Source of the DNA: an uncultured delta proteobacterium
GTDB taxonomy: Bacteria > Myxococcota_A > Polyangia > Polyangiales > Houyiibacteriaceae
DNA: 64,000 nucleotides
Direction of reading: 5' to 3'
Assembly: GCA_963699755.1 (NCBI GenBank)
Contig: CAVOVB010000001.1
Span: 128,001 to 192,000 of the forward strand
The position numbers and the translations under genes are program-made. Shown piece after piece: positions 15,446 to 24,955 of the stretch. The notes under the pieces were generated by a model. It had not been told where the DNA came from and did no database searches. It worked only from the letters and a program-made list of their open reading frames with translations. Position 1 is the stretch's first letter. Each line of letters begins with the position of its first letter.

Positions 15446-16866
15446 GCTCCTACGAGTGCGCCACCGCAGACACGAACCGTTTGACCGGTGAGACCTACGG
15501 CGCCAGGGGTTGCCAGAAAAGTGATCGCCTGGCCGACGTCCTCGGGCTTGCCCCCCTGTCCGACGGCGGCCATGCGGCGTGCGACCTCGCGAAGCGCGAC
15601 CGGCATCGCGTTGGTGAGGCGCGTCTCGATGAAGCCCGGTGCGATCGCGTTGACGGTGATGCCCTTCTTGGCGACCTTGGAGGCCAGCGCGGCGACGAAT
15701 CCGACGATGCCGGCCTTGCCCGCCGAGTAGTTCGTTTGCCCGCGATTTCCGGCGATTCCGGAAACCGAGGAGAGGCAAATGATCCGCCCACCCGGCCGCA
15801 GGACCTCATCTCTGAGCAGTCGTTCGGTGATACGAATGACCGCGCCGAGATTGATGTCGACCGCCGTGTCCCAGGCGTCGGGGCTCATCCGCCCGAGGGT
15901 CTTGTCGCGCGTCACGCCCGCATTGTGCACGACGATGTCCGCACCTCCGAATCGCTCCTTGAGCTCCGCGGCGATTCGTTCCGGCGCATCGACGTCGGTG
16001 ATGTCGACTAGGAGCGTGGAGCCGCCGACGCGCTGCGCGACCTGGCTACACGGGCCATCGTCCGCAGGTCGATCGAGACAGACCACGTGCGCACCTTCGG
16101 CGGCGAGTAGCTCGGCGGTTGCTTCACCAATACCGCGCGCTGCGCCGGTGACTAGGGCGACTTTGCCGCCGAGCACGTGCGTGTCGGGCGCCTTCTCGCC
16201 CGTGGCAAACGTGGTGATGTGAAACGGCTGGCAGCTGATGTAAGCAGATCTCGGCGATAGGAGGAAACGAAGCACAGCGTCGAGTCGCTGCTCGGCCCCC
16301 TCTTCTACGAAAACACTGTTGGCGGTCGATCCATTGCCACCAATCTCCTTTGCGAGGCTCCGCGTGAACCCCTCGAGGCCGGCGCGGGTGGCAGCATGGA
16401 CCGGCTTCTTCGCGTCCGACGCCGGACGACCGAGCACGACGACACGTCCGGAGCGATTGAGCCGACGAATCCACGGATGGATGAATGCGTAGAGCTGATG
16501 AAGGTCCTCGGGTGTTTCGAGGCCGGTCCCGTCGAACACGATGGCGTCGACGCGCACGCCCTCAGGCGCCTCGCCGGGCGCAACCAGGTGTGGCGTACGC
16601 GCCCAAGCCTCGCCAGGACCTCTGAAAGGCTCGAGATCGGCCTCTGAGGCGCCAACGACCAAGGGATTGGCGCCTGCTTTCGTCAGGACCTGCGCAAGCA
16701 CGCTCTGAAGCGCACCGACCCCGCAGACGATCACGTTCTTGTCATCGAGCGGCCGCTCCTCATAGGGGCCTTTGCCCCGCGCCAGTTTCTCAGGCACAGG
16801 AATTGGGAGTCCAAGAGCCTTGACTAGTTTTCGCGCATTTTCGTTTTCGAGCAGAAGATCCGTCAT
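15442..16866 (-). CDS. High-molecular-weight 3-oxoacyl reductase (FabG4-like)
   Basis: 474 aa; N-terminal extension plus SDR (TGAARGIG, NAGVTRD, YSAGK). Confidence 0.9.
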   Translation of the reverse strand: MTDLLLENENARKLVKALGLPIPVPEKLARGKGPYEERPLDDKNVIVCGVGALQSVLAQVLTKAGANPLVVGASEADLEPFRGPGEAWARTPHLVAPGEAPEGVRVDAIVFDGTGLETPEDLHQLYAFIHPWIRRLNRSGRVVVLGRPASDAKKPVHAATRAGLEGFTRSLAKEIGGNGSTANSVFVEEGAEQRLDAVLRFLLSPRSAYISCQPFHITTFATGEKAPDTHVLGGKVALVTGAARGIGEATAELLAAEGAHVVCLDRPADDGPCSQVAQRVGGSTLLVDITDVDAPERIAAELKERFGGADIVVHNAGVTRDKTLGRMSPDAWDTAVDINLGAVIRITERLLRDEVLRPGGRIICLSSVSGIAGNRGQTNYSAGKAGIVGFVAALASKVAKKGITVNAIAPGFIETRLTNAMPVALREVARRMAAVGQGGKPEDVGQAITFLATPGAVGLTGQTVRVCGGALVGA

Positions 16867-16872
16867 TCGAGC

Positions 16873-17769
16873 TCAGCTCCTCACTGAATAGGTTCCAACT
16901 AAATAGGCCGGGCCACCCGGCGCGTCCCCGACAAAGACAGAGTCATCCTCGATGTAGAGGCCGACCTTGGCGGGCAGTACCAAGGGCTTGGTGAATTTCA
17001 CGTCGATCGACTCGAGCCTACTCACATCGCCGGAAAAGAGCGAACGGTTCAAGCCCTCGATAGCACGCGCCATGGTGGAGAACCCATGATTGATGATGTT
17101 GCGGAAGCCGTTGGCGCGAGCCGCGGGCGGAATCCAGTGAATGGGATTGAAGTCGCCGGTGAGCTTTGCGAAATCCAGGCCCACGTGCGTGCCGAGCTTC
17201 CAACGTCCGAGCTCCTTCGCCATGACGGGAACGCGCGGACGGTCATCTTCGCGCTTCGGCGATTTGTCACCGCCACCCAGGGGAACGATGCCGTACACGT
17301 CGCAGACGATCGCCTCGGGATGAGTCGATGTAGAGGTCGTCGCGCGCTGATGAATCACGGCGCGGCGTCCGTTGTCGTCGATGTCGAGAAGCTGCACCTT
17401 GAGCTCGTAGGGCTCGCCGAGCGGAAGGGGCGCGTTCATCTGGAGGCGGCTGCCGCCATTGAGGACACGCTGGATCGGGTACTGGAGCCCTTCGATGCCG
17501 CGTGCCTGAAGGGGGAAGACCCACTGCGGGAACAGATGAGCAGGGACCTGGCCACGATACCAGCCAGGGTCTCCGCCAACGTGCCGAATGTAGTCGCGCA
17601 CCAGGTCGGGCGGCCGCGCAGGGATTGTCGCCGAGACGATAGGGCCCGGAACCTCGGCCGGTGCCTTGTTGGGTTGCCCGGACGCGCTCTTCACTGCGAC
17701 GAAGGCCGCGCGAACGAGGGCGCCGAGCATCGGCCCCTGGTGCAAGATGTAACGCGAAGGTACCGACAT
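16873..17769 (-). CDS. MaoC-like double-hotdog (R)-enoyl-CoA hydratase (HtdX-like)
   Basis: FAKLTGDFNPIH hydratase motif, FTKPLVLP; GGAGA SD. Confidence 0.88.
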   Translation of the reverse strand: MSVPSRYILHQGPMLGALVRAAFVAVKSASGQPNKAPAEVPGPIVSATIPARPPDLVRDYIRHVGGDPGWYRGQVPAHLFPQWVFPLQARGIEGLQYPIQRVLNGGSRLQMNAPLPLGEPYELKVQLLDIDDNGRRAVIHQRATTSTSTHPEAIVCDVYGIVPLGGGDKSPKREDDRPRVPVMAKELGRWKLGTHVGLDFAKLTGDFNPIHWIPPAARANGFRNIINHGFSTMARAIEGLNRSLFSGDVSRLESIDVKFTKPLVLPAKVGLYIEDDSVFVGDAPGGPAYLVGTYSVRS

Positions 17770-17877
17770 ATCGATTCTCCGAAGTCGCCGGCTCGCCGTA
17801 GCCCCCGGCACTCGATCCAGCTCTCTACCATTTGGTAGGGAGCCGCGCAAACCCGGTCCCGCTGCTAGGCTTGGGCG

Positions 17878-19905
17878 ATGCCTAACCCGCTGATCCAACT
17901 CGGATTCGAGATTCCCTTCGACGAGATCGAGGCTGCGCACGTTGAGCCGGCGCTCGACGAGCTGCTGGCTCGGGCACAGGCGGCGATCGATGCCATCGCC
18001 ACGGGCCAAGAACCTCGAAGCTACGCCAACACGCTTGGCGCGCTCGAGGAGGCTACCGAGATGCTCGAACGGGCCTCGGCGGTGGTCGGTCATCTCGAAA
18101 GCGTGGCCACGGACGACGCGCTGCGCGCTGCGTACAACGCGACCCGCCCGAAGGTGAGTGCGTTCTGGTCGGAGCTCGCCATGAACGACGGGCTCTATCA
18201 GGCCGTCCGCGCGTTTGCGAGAACCGAGGAAGGCGCGGCGCTCCCTTCAACCGAGAAGCGCTTCTTGGAAAAGACGCTCGATGATTTCCGACGGCACGGC
18301 GCGGAGCTCAGCGCCGACGACAAGGAGAAGCTACAAGCCATCGAGATCGAGCTCACCAAGCTGACGACGCAGTTCTCGCAGAACGTCCTGGACGAAACCA
18401 ACGCGTTCGAGTTGCTCATCAGCGAAGAGAGCAGGCTTGCGGGCCTGCCTGATAGCGCAAAGCAAGCCGCGGCGGAGAACGCCAGGGCAAAGGGGCTAGA
18501 AGGCTGGCGCTTCACCCTACACGCCCCGAGCATGATCCCCGTGCTGACCTACCTCGACGACCCCGAGATACGCAAGCACGTTTGGCACGCCTCCAACACA
18601 CGTGCCGTTTCGGGCGAACGCGACAATCGCAAGATCATCGAGCGGATTCTCGAGCTTCGCCGCGCCAAGGCCGAGCTGCTCGGGTACGCGGACTTCTCCG
18701 ACCTAGTCACCGAGGACCGGATGGCCAAGGCAGGCGCGAAGGCCAAGGCGTTCATAGACGACCTCCGTTTGCGAACAGAGGAGGGGTTCCGCCGCGAGAA
18801 CCAGGCTCTTCAGGCCTTTCGGAAAGAGATCGAAGGCGACACGGCCCCCGCGCTCGAGCCCTGGGACATCGCCTACTACGCGGAGAAACAACGGCAGGCG
18901 AAATACGATTTCAACGAAGAAGAGCTTCGGCCCTACTTTCCGCTCGACCGCGTGCTCGACGGCCTCTTCGCGACCGCGGGGGCTCTCTATGAAATCGAGA
19001 TCGTCGAGCGAGACGCGAAAGTCTGGGATCGGGAGGTGAAGTCCTACGCCATCGAGGACCGGGACGGCACGATGGTCGCCGCGTTCTACGTCGACCTGTT
19101 TCCACGCGAGAACAAACGCGGCGGGGCCTGGATGACTTCGCTGATCAGCGCGCCGCATCGGGAGGGCCGGCCGGATCCGCAGCTCGGTTTGTTCTGCGCC
19201 AACGTCAATCCTCCAGTCGGTGGAAAGCCTGCCCTTCTGACCCATCGCGAGGTCGAAACCCTCTTTCACGAATTCGGTCATCTGCTGCACCACTGCTTCA
19301 GCCAGGTGAGCGTGCGGAGCCTCGCTGGCACCAATGTCGCCTGGGACTTCGTGGAGCTCCCCTCACAGATCATGGAGAACTGGTGTTGGGAACGGCGTGG
19401 CCTCGACCTATTCGCCGCGCACTATGAAACAGGCGAACCGGTCCCAGACGAGCTCTACGAAAAAATGGTCGCTGCGCGGACCTACCGCGCAGCCAATGCG
19501 CAGATGCGACAACTAGGCTTTGCAGCGGTCGACCTCGCCCTTCACCAGGACTACGACCCGACTCGAGACGGTGATGCGATGGACTATGCGAGAAAGATCA
19601 TCCAGGCGTATTCGTCGACCACGCTTCCGGGCGACTACGCGATGCTGGCCAGCTTCGGCCATGTGTTCGCGCATCCTACCGGCTATGCGTCTGGTTACTA
19701 CAGCTACAAATGGGCCGAGGTGCTAGACGCCGACGCCTTCACCCGCTTCAAACGCGAAGGCATCACCAATCCAGAGGTCGGACGCGCGTTCCGGGCCGCG
19801 ATCCTATCGAAGGGCAATAGCGACGAACCGGAGAAGCTCTACGAGGAGTTCATGGGGCGCGGGCCGGAGCTCGAACCACTGCTAGAGCGAACCGGGCTTG
19901 TGTAG
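17878..19905 (+). CDS. prlC: Oligopeptidase A (M3 metallopeptidase)
   Basis: HEFGH, WDFVELPSQIMENW, YYSYKWAEVL. Confidence 0.95.
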   Translation: MPNPLIQLGFEIPFDEIEAAHVEPALDELLARAQAAIDAIATGQEPRSYANTLGALEEATEMLERASAVVGHLESVATDDALRAAYNATRPKVSAFWSELAMNDGLYQAVRAFARTEEGAALPSTEKRFLEKTLDDFRRHGAELSADDKEKLQAIEIELTKLTTQFSQNVLDETNAFELLISEESRLAGLPDSAKQAAAENARAKGLEGWRFTLHAPSMIPVLTYLDDPEIRKHVWHASNTRAVSGERDNRKIIERILELRRAKAELLGYADFSDLVTEDRMAKAGAKAKAFIDDLRLRTEEGFRRENQALQAFRKEIEGDTAPALEPWDIAYYAEKQRQAKYDFNEEELRPYFPLDRVLDGLFATAGALYEIEIVERDAKVWDREVKSYAIEDRDGTMVAAFYVDLFPRENKRGGAWMTSLISAPHREGRPDPQLGLFCANVNPPVGGKPALLTHREVETLFHEFGHLLHHCFSQVSVRSLAGTNVAWDFVELPSQIMENWCWERRGLDLFAAHYETGEPVPDELYEKMVAARTYRAANAQMRQLGFAAVDLALHQDYDPTRDGDAMDYARKIIQAYSSTTLPGDYAMLASFGHVFAHPTGYASGYYSYKWAEVLDADAFTRFKREGITNPEVGRAFRAAILSKGNSDEPEKLYEEFMGRGPELEPLLERTGLV

Positions 19906-19952
19906 CCGCAGAGGCGATTCTGAGCATCGCCAAGTGGCTGAACCTGGCCGAG

Positions 19953-20555
19953 CTACTGCGCGACCGCATGCAAGTCGACGGAGACCTGAATGTCGTTGGC
20001 GATTTTGAGCCGCACAATCGACGGAACGGAAACGTCGTGGTCTTCGAGAGCAACCGTGAAGTCGGCTTTGATGTGAAGCTTCTTCCCGGACCAGTTCACG
20101 ACCCCCTTCGCGACGGCCGGCTTCGTGACCCCATGGGCCGTAAACTTGCCCTTGACCTGAACCTTCCGGTCCTTGCCCGGCTTGAGCTCGGGCGAGTCTT
20201 TCTTGCCGAGGATGACTTCGGTGATTTCGAAATAGATCTTCGGAGTCTTTTTGGCATCGAGCCAACCGTCGCCTCGGAGGTGCTCATCCCGCAGGTCGTT
20301 GTCGGTGGTCAGTGAAACGACAGGGACTTCGAACGAGCCGGTGGTCTTCGTGATGTCCACCGGATCCATGGTCAGGCTGCCGCTCACCTTCGAGCTCTTC
20401 CCAATCATCGTATCGAGCGGCGCATCGGAGACGAAGGTCGCGCCGCTCTTGCCGTCGGGACGTACTATGAATGTCGTCCCGTCCGCATGAGAAACCGCCG
20501 GGATGGCTATCCACGCGGCCAGCATCAGGCTCACTCTGGTGGCGTTCTTCGTCAT
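19953..20555 (-). CDS. YceI family periplasmic lipid-binding protein
   Basis: Signal peptide; LRDEHL, GKFTAHGVTK. Confidence 0.88.
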   Translation of the reverse strand: MTKNATRVSLMLAAWIAIPAVSHADGTTFIVRPDGKSGATFVSDAPLDTMIGKSSKVSGSLTMDPVDITKTTGSFEVPVVSLTTDNDLRDEHLRGDGWLDAKKTPKIYFEITEVILGKKDSPELKPGKDRKVQVKGKFTAHGVTKPAVAKGVVNWSGKKLHIKADFTVALEDHDVSVPSIVRLKIANDIQVSVDLHAVAQ

Positions 20556-20639
20556 TCGCTCGTTCCCCCCTCGAAATTAAGTATGCAGCTTTTGGACGCG
20601 CTGTTCACCCCCGTTTGAACGCGCCGTTTACGCCCGTAT

Positions 20640-22232
20640 TCACGCGGCCGCGACGATCCGAGCGGTCTCGTGGAAGGTCCAACTGTCGTTGTCGCGCTCC
20701 GCCCGGCCGAGCTCCCACTCGTCTCGGAATAGGGCTACTGGGCGATTGTCTCGGTCCACGACGGCCATCGGGACCCGCCTGGCCTTCAGTGCCGCACAAT
20801 TTTCGACTCCCTCGATCCAGCGCGCGTGCTGATAGGGGAGAAGGTCGAAGGTCACGCGCGCCCCGTACTCGTGCTCGAGTCGAAACATGAGCACGTCGAA
20901 CTGCAGGCGGCCCACAACACCGCACACCGGATCCTTCTCGCGGCCCGGTTCCATGAAGAGTTGAACGGTGCCTTCTTCCGAAAGCTCCTGGATGCCTTTT
21001 TGAAGCTGCTTGCGTTTGAGCGGGTCGAGAAGCTGCAAACGTCCGAAGTGTTCCGGCGAAAACTGTGGGACCGCGTCGAAGCTCATGGGGCCGTCTGTCG
21101 AAAGGGTGTCACCGATTCGGAAGAGCCCCGGGTCGTAGAGGCCTACGATGTCACCCGCGTACGCCTGCAGTACGCTCTCGCGCTCCTGTGCGAAGAACTG
21201 CTCGGCCCGATTGAGCCGGATCTCTTTACCGAGCCGGAAGTGGTGGACGCGCATGCCTCCCTCGAACTTGCCCGAGCAGATGCGTGCGAATGCGATCCGG
21301 TCCCGGTGGGACGGATCCATATTGGCCTGCACCTTGAACACGAATGCGCTGAAGCGGTCGTCGGAGGGGCTCACCGTGATGCCACCGGTCGCTTCGCGCG
21401 CGCCCGGCGGGGGGCAAAGGTCCTTGAACGCATGCAAGAACGGCTCGACGCCGAAGTTGGTGAGGGCGCTGCCGAAGAAGACCGGCGTGATTTCACCGGC
21501 AAGGAACCGCCCTTTGTCCCAGTCCTCTCCAGCGCCGTCGAGGAGCTCGACCTCGTCGCGCAGGGTCTGCGCCGCCTCCTCGCCGAGCAGGGCGTCGAGC
21601 TCGGGGTCGTCGAGGCCAGCGACCTTCATCGCCGCACGCTTGGCTTGGCCCTCGGCCGATCGTTCGAAACGAATGACGAGCTTGTTCATGCGGTCGTAGA
21701 CGCCTTGAAACAAATCGCCGCTGCCGATCGGCCAGGTGAACGGCACGGTGCTCACGCCGAGCACTTCCTCGACCTCGCTCATCAAGGCGAAGGCATCTCG
21801 GGCCGGCCGGTCCATCTTGTTGATGAAGGTGACGACCGGCGTGTTGCGCATGCGGCACACGTGAAAGAGCTTTCGGGTCTGCGGCTCGACGCCTCGTGCG
21901 GCGTCGAGAATCATGATGCCGCAGTCGGCTGCCATCAGTGTTCGATAGGTGTCCTCGCTGAAGTCGTTGTGACCCGGCGTGTCGAGCAAGTTCCAGCGAA
22001 TCTCATCGTACTCGAACTGCAAGACGGAGGTCGTGACCGAAATGCCACGTTGCTTCTCGAGCGCCATCCAATCGCTGACCGCAGAGCGCTTCGCCTTGCG
22101 CGACTTGACGGCGCCGGCCGCATGAATGGCGCCTCCGTAAAGCAGAAGCTTTTCGGTCAAAGTCGTCTTTCCGGCATCCGGATGCGAGATGATCGCAAAC
22201 GTTCGCCGCCGCTGGTATTCGTTGTGGCTCAT
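20640..22232 (-). CDS. prfC: Peptide chain release factor 3
   Basis: RRRTFAIISHPDAGKTT, DTPGH, NKMD. Confidence 0.97.
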   Translation of the reverse strand: MSHNEYQRRRTFAIISHPDAGKTTLTEKLLLYGGAIHAAGAVKSRKAKRSAVSDWMALEKQRGISVTTSVLQFEYDEIRWNLLDTPGHNDFSEDTYRTLMAADCGIMILDAARGVEPQTRKLFHVCRMRNTPVVTFINKMDRPARDAFALMSEVEEVLGVSTVPFTWPIGSGDLFQGVYDRMNKLVIRFERSAEGQAKRAAMKVAGLDDPELDALLGEEAAQTLRDEVELLDGAGEDWDKGRFLAGEITPVFFGSALTNFGVEPFLHAFKDLCPPPGAREATGGITVSPSDDRFSAFVFKVQANMDPSHRDRIAFARICSGKFEGGMRVHHFRLGKEIRLNRAEQFFAQERESVLQAYAGDIVGLYDPGLFRIGDTLSTDGPMSFDAVPQFSPEHFGRLQLLDPLKRKQLQKGIQELSEEGTVQLFMEPGREKDPVCGVVGRLQFDVLMFRLEHEYGARVTFDLLPYQHARWIEGVENCAALKARRVPMAVVDRDNRPVALFRDEWELGRAERDNDSWTFHETARIVAAA

Positions 22233-22302
22233 GCCCGCGCGGCAAGATAGTCACTGTCGTCGGTTGCGCCAGCCCGCGAACGTGCTGTGATCGGCGCTGC
22301 CG

Positions 22303-23244
22303 ATGGCGGGGCTATTTCCAGAGATCGAGCCTTATGATGCCGGACACCTTCGCGTCGATGACCTGCACTCGGTCTATTACGAGCAATGTGGCAATCCCAA
22401 GGGCAACCCGGCTGTTTTCGTCCACGGAGGGCCGGGTGGAGGATCGAGCCCGGTGCACCGAAGGTTCTGGGACCCCGAGGTGTACCGCATCGTCCTGTTC
22501 GACCAGCGAGGCTGCGGCCGGAGCACACCGCACGCGGAGCTGCGCAAGAACACGACCTGGGACCTCATCGGCGACATGGAATGCCTTCGGGAGCATCTCG
22601 GCATCGAGCGCTGGCAATTGTTCGGCGGCTCCTGGGGCAGCACTCTCTCTTTGGCCTACGCCCAAGAGCACCCGAACCGCGTCACCGACATGGTCCTGCG
22701 CGGCATCTTTTTGCTCAGGCAGCGCGAGATCGACTGGTACTACCAAGAAGGCGCGAGCCGGATCTTCCCAGAAGCGTGGCAGAGGTATCTCGAGCCAATT
22801 CCCGAAGATGAACGGGGCAATTTGGTGGATGCCTACTACCGCCGTCTAACCAGCGCCGACCGGTCTGAACGAATTCGAGCTGCACGCGCCTGGAGCATGT
22901 GGGAAGGCAGCACGAGCAGGCTCGTCCCCGACCCAGAATTGATCGAACGCACCGGAGACGAAACCTTCGCAGAAGCATTCGCCCGCATCGAATGCCACTA
23001 CTTCATCAACCGCGGCTTCTTCCAAGATGACAACCATCTGCTCAACAACATCGACCGCATCAAACACATCCCCGCAGTCATCGTCCAAGGCCGCTACGAC
23101 ATCGTCTGCCCCCCAGAAAGCGCCTACCAACTCCACCAAGCCTGGCCCAACAGCACCCTGAAGATAGCCCCGCTTTCCGGGCACTCCGCCCTAGAACCCG
23201 AAATCACCGCGCTGCTAGTAAGGGAAGGCTCTCCTGCCGCATAA
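22303..23244 (+). CDS. pip: Proline iminopeptidase
   Basis: HGGPG, DQRGCGRS, GGSWG, QGRYD. Confidence 0.95.
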   Translation: MAGLFPEIEPYDAGHLRVDDLHSVYYEQCGNPKGNPAVFVHGGPGGGSSPVHRRFWDPEVYRIVLFDQRGCGRSTPHAELRKNTTWDLIGDMECLREHLGIERWQLFGGSWGSTLSLAYAQEHPNRVTDMVLRGIFLLRQREIDWYYQEGASRIFPEAWQRYLEPIPEDERGNLVDAYYRRLTSADRSERIRAARAWSMWEGSTSRLVPDPELIERTGDETFAEAFARIECHYFINRGFFQDDNHLLNNIDRIKHIPAVIVQGRYDIVCPPESAYQLHQAWPNSTLKIAPLSGHSALEPEITALLVREGSPAA

Positions 23245-23278
23245 CCGCCAGCTGCTTGGAGCTTAGGACTGTGTCCTT

Positions 23279-24952
23279 CTAGCGGGAGAACTTGCGGTAC
23301 TTGATTCGGTGCGGGACGTCGGCTTCGGTGCCTAGGCGGGCTTTGCGGTCGGCGGCGTAGTCGGCGTAGGAGCCTTCGTGCCAGACGACGCAGCTGTCAC
23401 CTTCGAACGCCAGGATATGGGTGCAGATTCGGTCGAGGAACCAGCGATCATGGCTGATGATCATCGCGCAACCGGGGAAGGCCAAGATCGCTTCTTCTAA
23501 CGAGCGTAGTGTTTCTACGTCGATGTCGTTGGTGGGCTCGTCGAGAAGCAGGACATTGCCGCCGCTCTTCAGGAGCTTCGCGAGGTGAACGCGGTTGCGC
23601 TCGCCCCCGGAGAGGTTCTTGACGGGCTTTTGCTGATCACTGCCGCGGAAGTTGAACCAGCCGACGTATGCGCGCGACTTCACAGTGCCTCCGCCAACGT
23701 CGATCTCGTCGGCGCCCCCCGTGATCTCCTTGAACACGTTGTTCCCATCGTCGAGCGTCTCGCGGCTCTGGTCCACGTACGAAAGCACGACGGTATCGCC
23801 TGTGACGATCGTCCCCGAATCGGGCGTCTCCTGGCCCACCAGCATTCGAAACAAGGTCGTCTTGCCAGCACCGTTCGGCCCGACGATGCCGACGATCGCC
23901 CCGCGCGGCACGACGGAGCTCAGGTCTTCGAAAAGGAGCTTGTCACCATACGCCTTGCTCACGCCATTGAGCTCGAACACCTGTGTCCCAAGCCGAGGCC
24001 CGGGAGGAATACGAATCTCATTGGCATCGGCGCGGGCCTTGGCCGCATCGGCGACCAGGCTCTCGAACGCAGTGATGCGCGCCTTGCTCTTGGCTTGTCT
24101 GGCCTTCGGCGATGAACGCACCCACTCGAGCTCTGTGGCAATCCTGCGCTTCCGCGAGCTGTCCTTCTTTTCTTCTTGGGCGAGCCGCGCTTCCTTGGCT
24201 TCGAGCCACTGGGAGTAGTTGCCTTTGAAGGGGTGCGCGTCACCGCGGTCGAGCTCGAGGATCCACTCCACGATCTCGTCCAAGAAGTACCGATCATGGG
24301 TCACGAGGATCACGCAGCCGGGATACTTCTGGAGGTAGCCCTGTAACCATGCGACCGACTCGGCGTCGAGGTGGTTGGTTGGCTCGTCGAGCAGCAAGAG
24401 CTCCGGCTTTTCGAGCAGCAATCGGCAAAGCGCGACTCGACGTTTCTCACCACCGGAAAGCAAGCTCGGGTCGGCATCGGCAGGCGGCAGGCGAAGCGCG
24501 TCCATCGCGATCTCGAGCGTGCTCTCCAAGTTCCAGCCATCGACAGCGTCGATCTTGTCCTGAAGGGCTCCTTGCCGGTCGAGCAACTTCGCCATCGCCT
24601 CGTCGCTCATCGGCTCGCCAAGCTTCATGCTCAGCTCGTTGAACTCGTCGAGAATCGCGCGCACCGACGAAACACCGGCCTCGACCGCTTCCAAAACGGT
24701 CTTAGCGTCCCCGAGGTCCGGTTCCTGAGACAGGTAGCCCACCTTCGCACCGGGGCGAATCCACGCCTCGCCCGTGAAGCTGTCGTCGACACCAGCCATG
24801 ATGCGCAGAAGCGAGGATTTACCGCTGCCGTTCACACCAATGACCCCTATCTTCGCGTTCGGAAGGAACGAAAGATAGAGGTCTTCGATGATCTTCTTGT
24901 CCGGGGGATGGACCTTCGTCACCCCCTTCATCGTGAAGATGAATTCTGCCAT
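23279..24952 (-). CDS. ettA: Energy-dependent translational throttle ABC-F protein
   Basis: MAEFIFTM, two ABC domains, ELEWVRSSPKARQAKSKAR, HRIKYRK. Confidence 0.95.
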   Translation of the reverse strand: MAEFIFTMKGVTKVHPPDKKIIEDLYLSFLPNAKIGVIGVNGSGKSSLLRIMAGVDDSFTGEAWIRPGAKVGYLSQEPDLGDAKTVLEAVEAGVSSVRAILDEFNELSMKLGEPMSDEAMAKLLDRQGALQDKIDAVDGWNLESTLEIAMDALRLPPADADPSLLSGGEKRRVALCRLLLEKPELLLLDEPTNHLDAESVAWLQGYLQKYPGCVILVTHDRYFLDEIVEWILELDRGDAHPFKGNYSQWLEAKEARLAQEEKKDSSRKRRIATELEWVRSSPKARQAKSKARITAFESLVADAAKARADANEIRIPPGPRLGTQVFELNGVSKAYGDKLLFEDLSSVVPRGAIVGIVGPNGAGKTTLFRMLVGQETPDSGTIVTGDTVVLSYVDQSRETLDDGNNVFKEITGGADEIDVGGGTVKSRAYVGWFNFRGSDQQKPVKNLSGGERNRVHLAKLLKSGGNVLLLDEPTNDIDVETLRSLEEAILAFPGCAMIISHDRWFLDRICTHILAFEGDSCVVWHEGSYADYAADRKARLGTEADVPHRIKYRKFSR

Positions 24953-24955
24953 GAG

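Noticed and set aside
19904..19939. Intrinsic terminator between prlC and the YceI gene
   Set aside because: An interrupted hairpin is present but there is no U-tract on either strand; too weak to call
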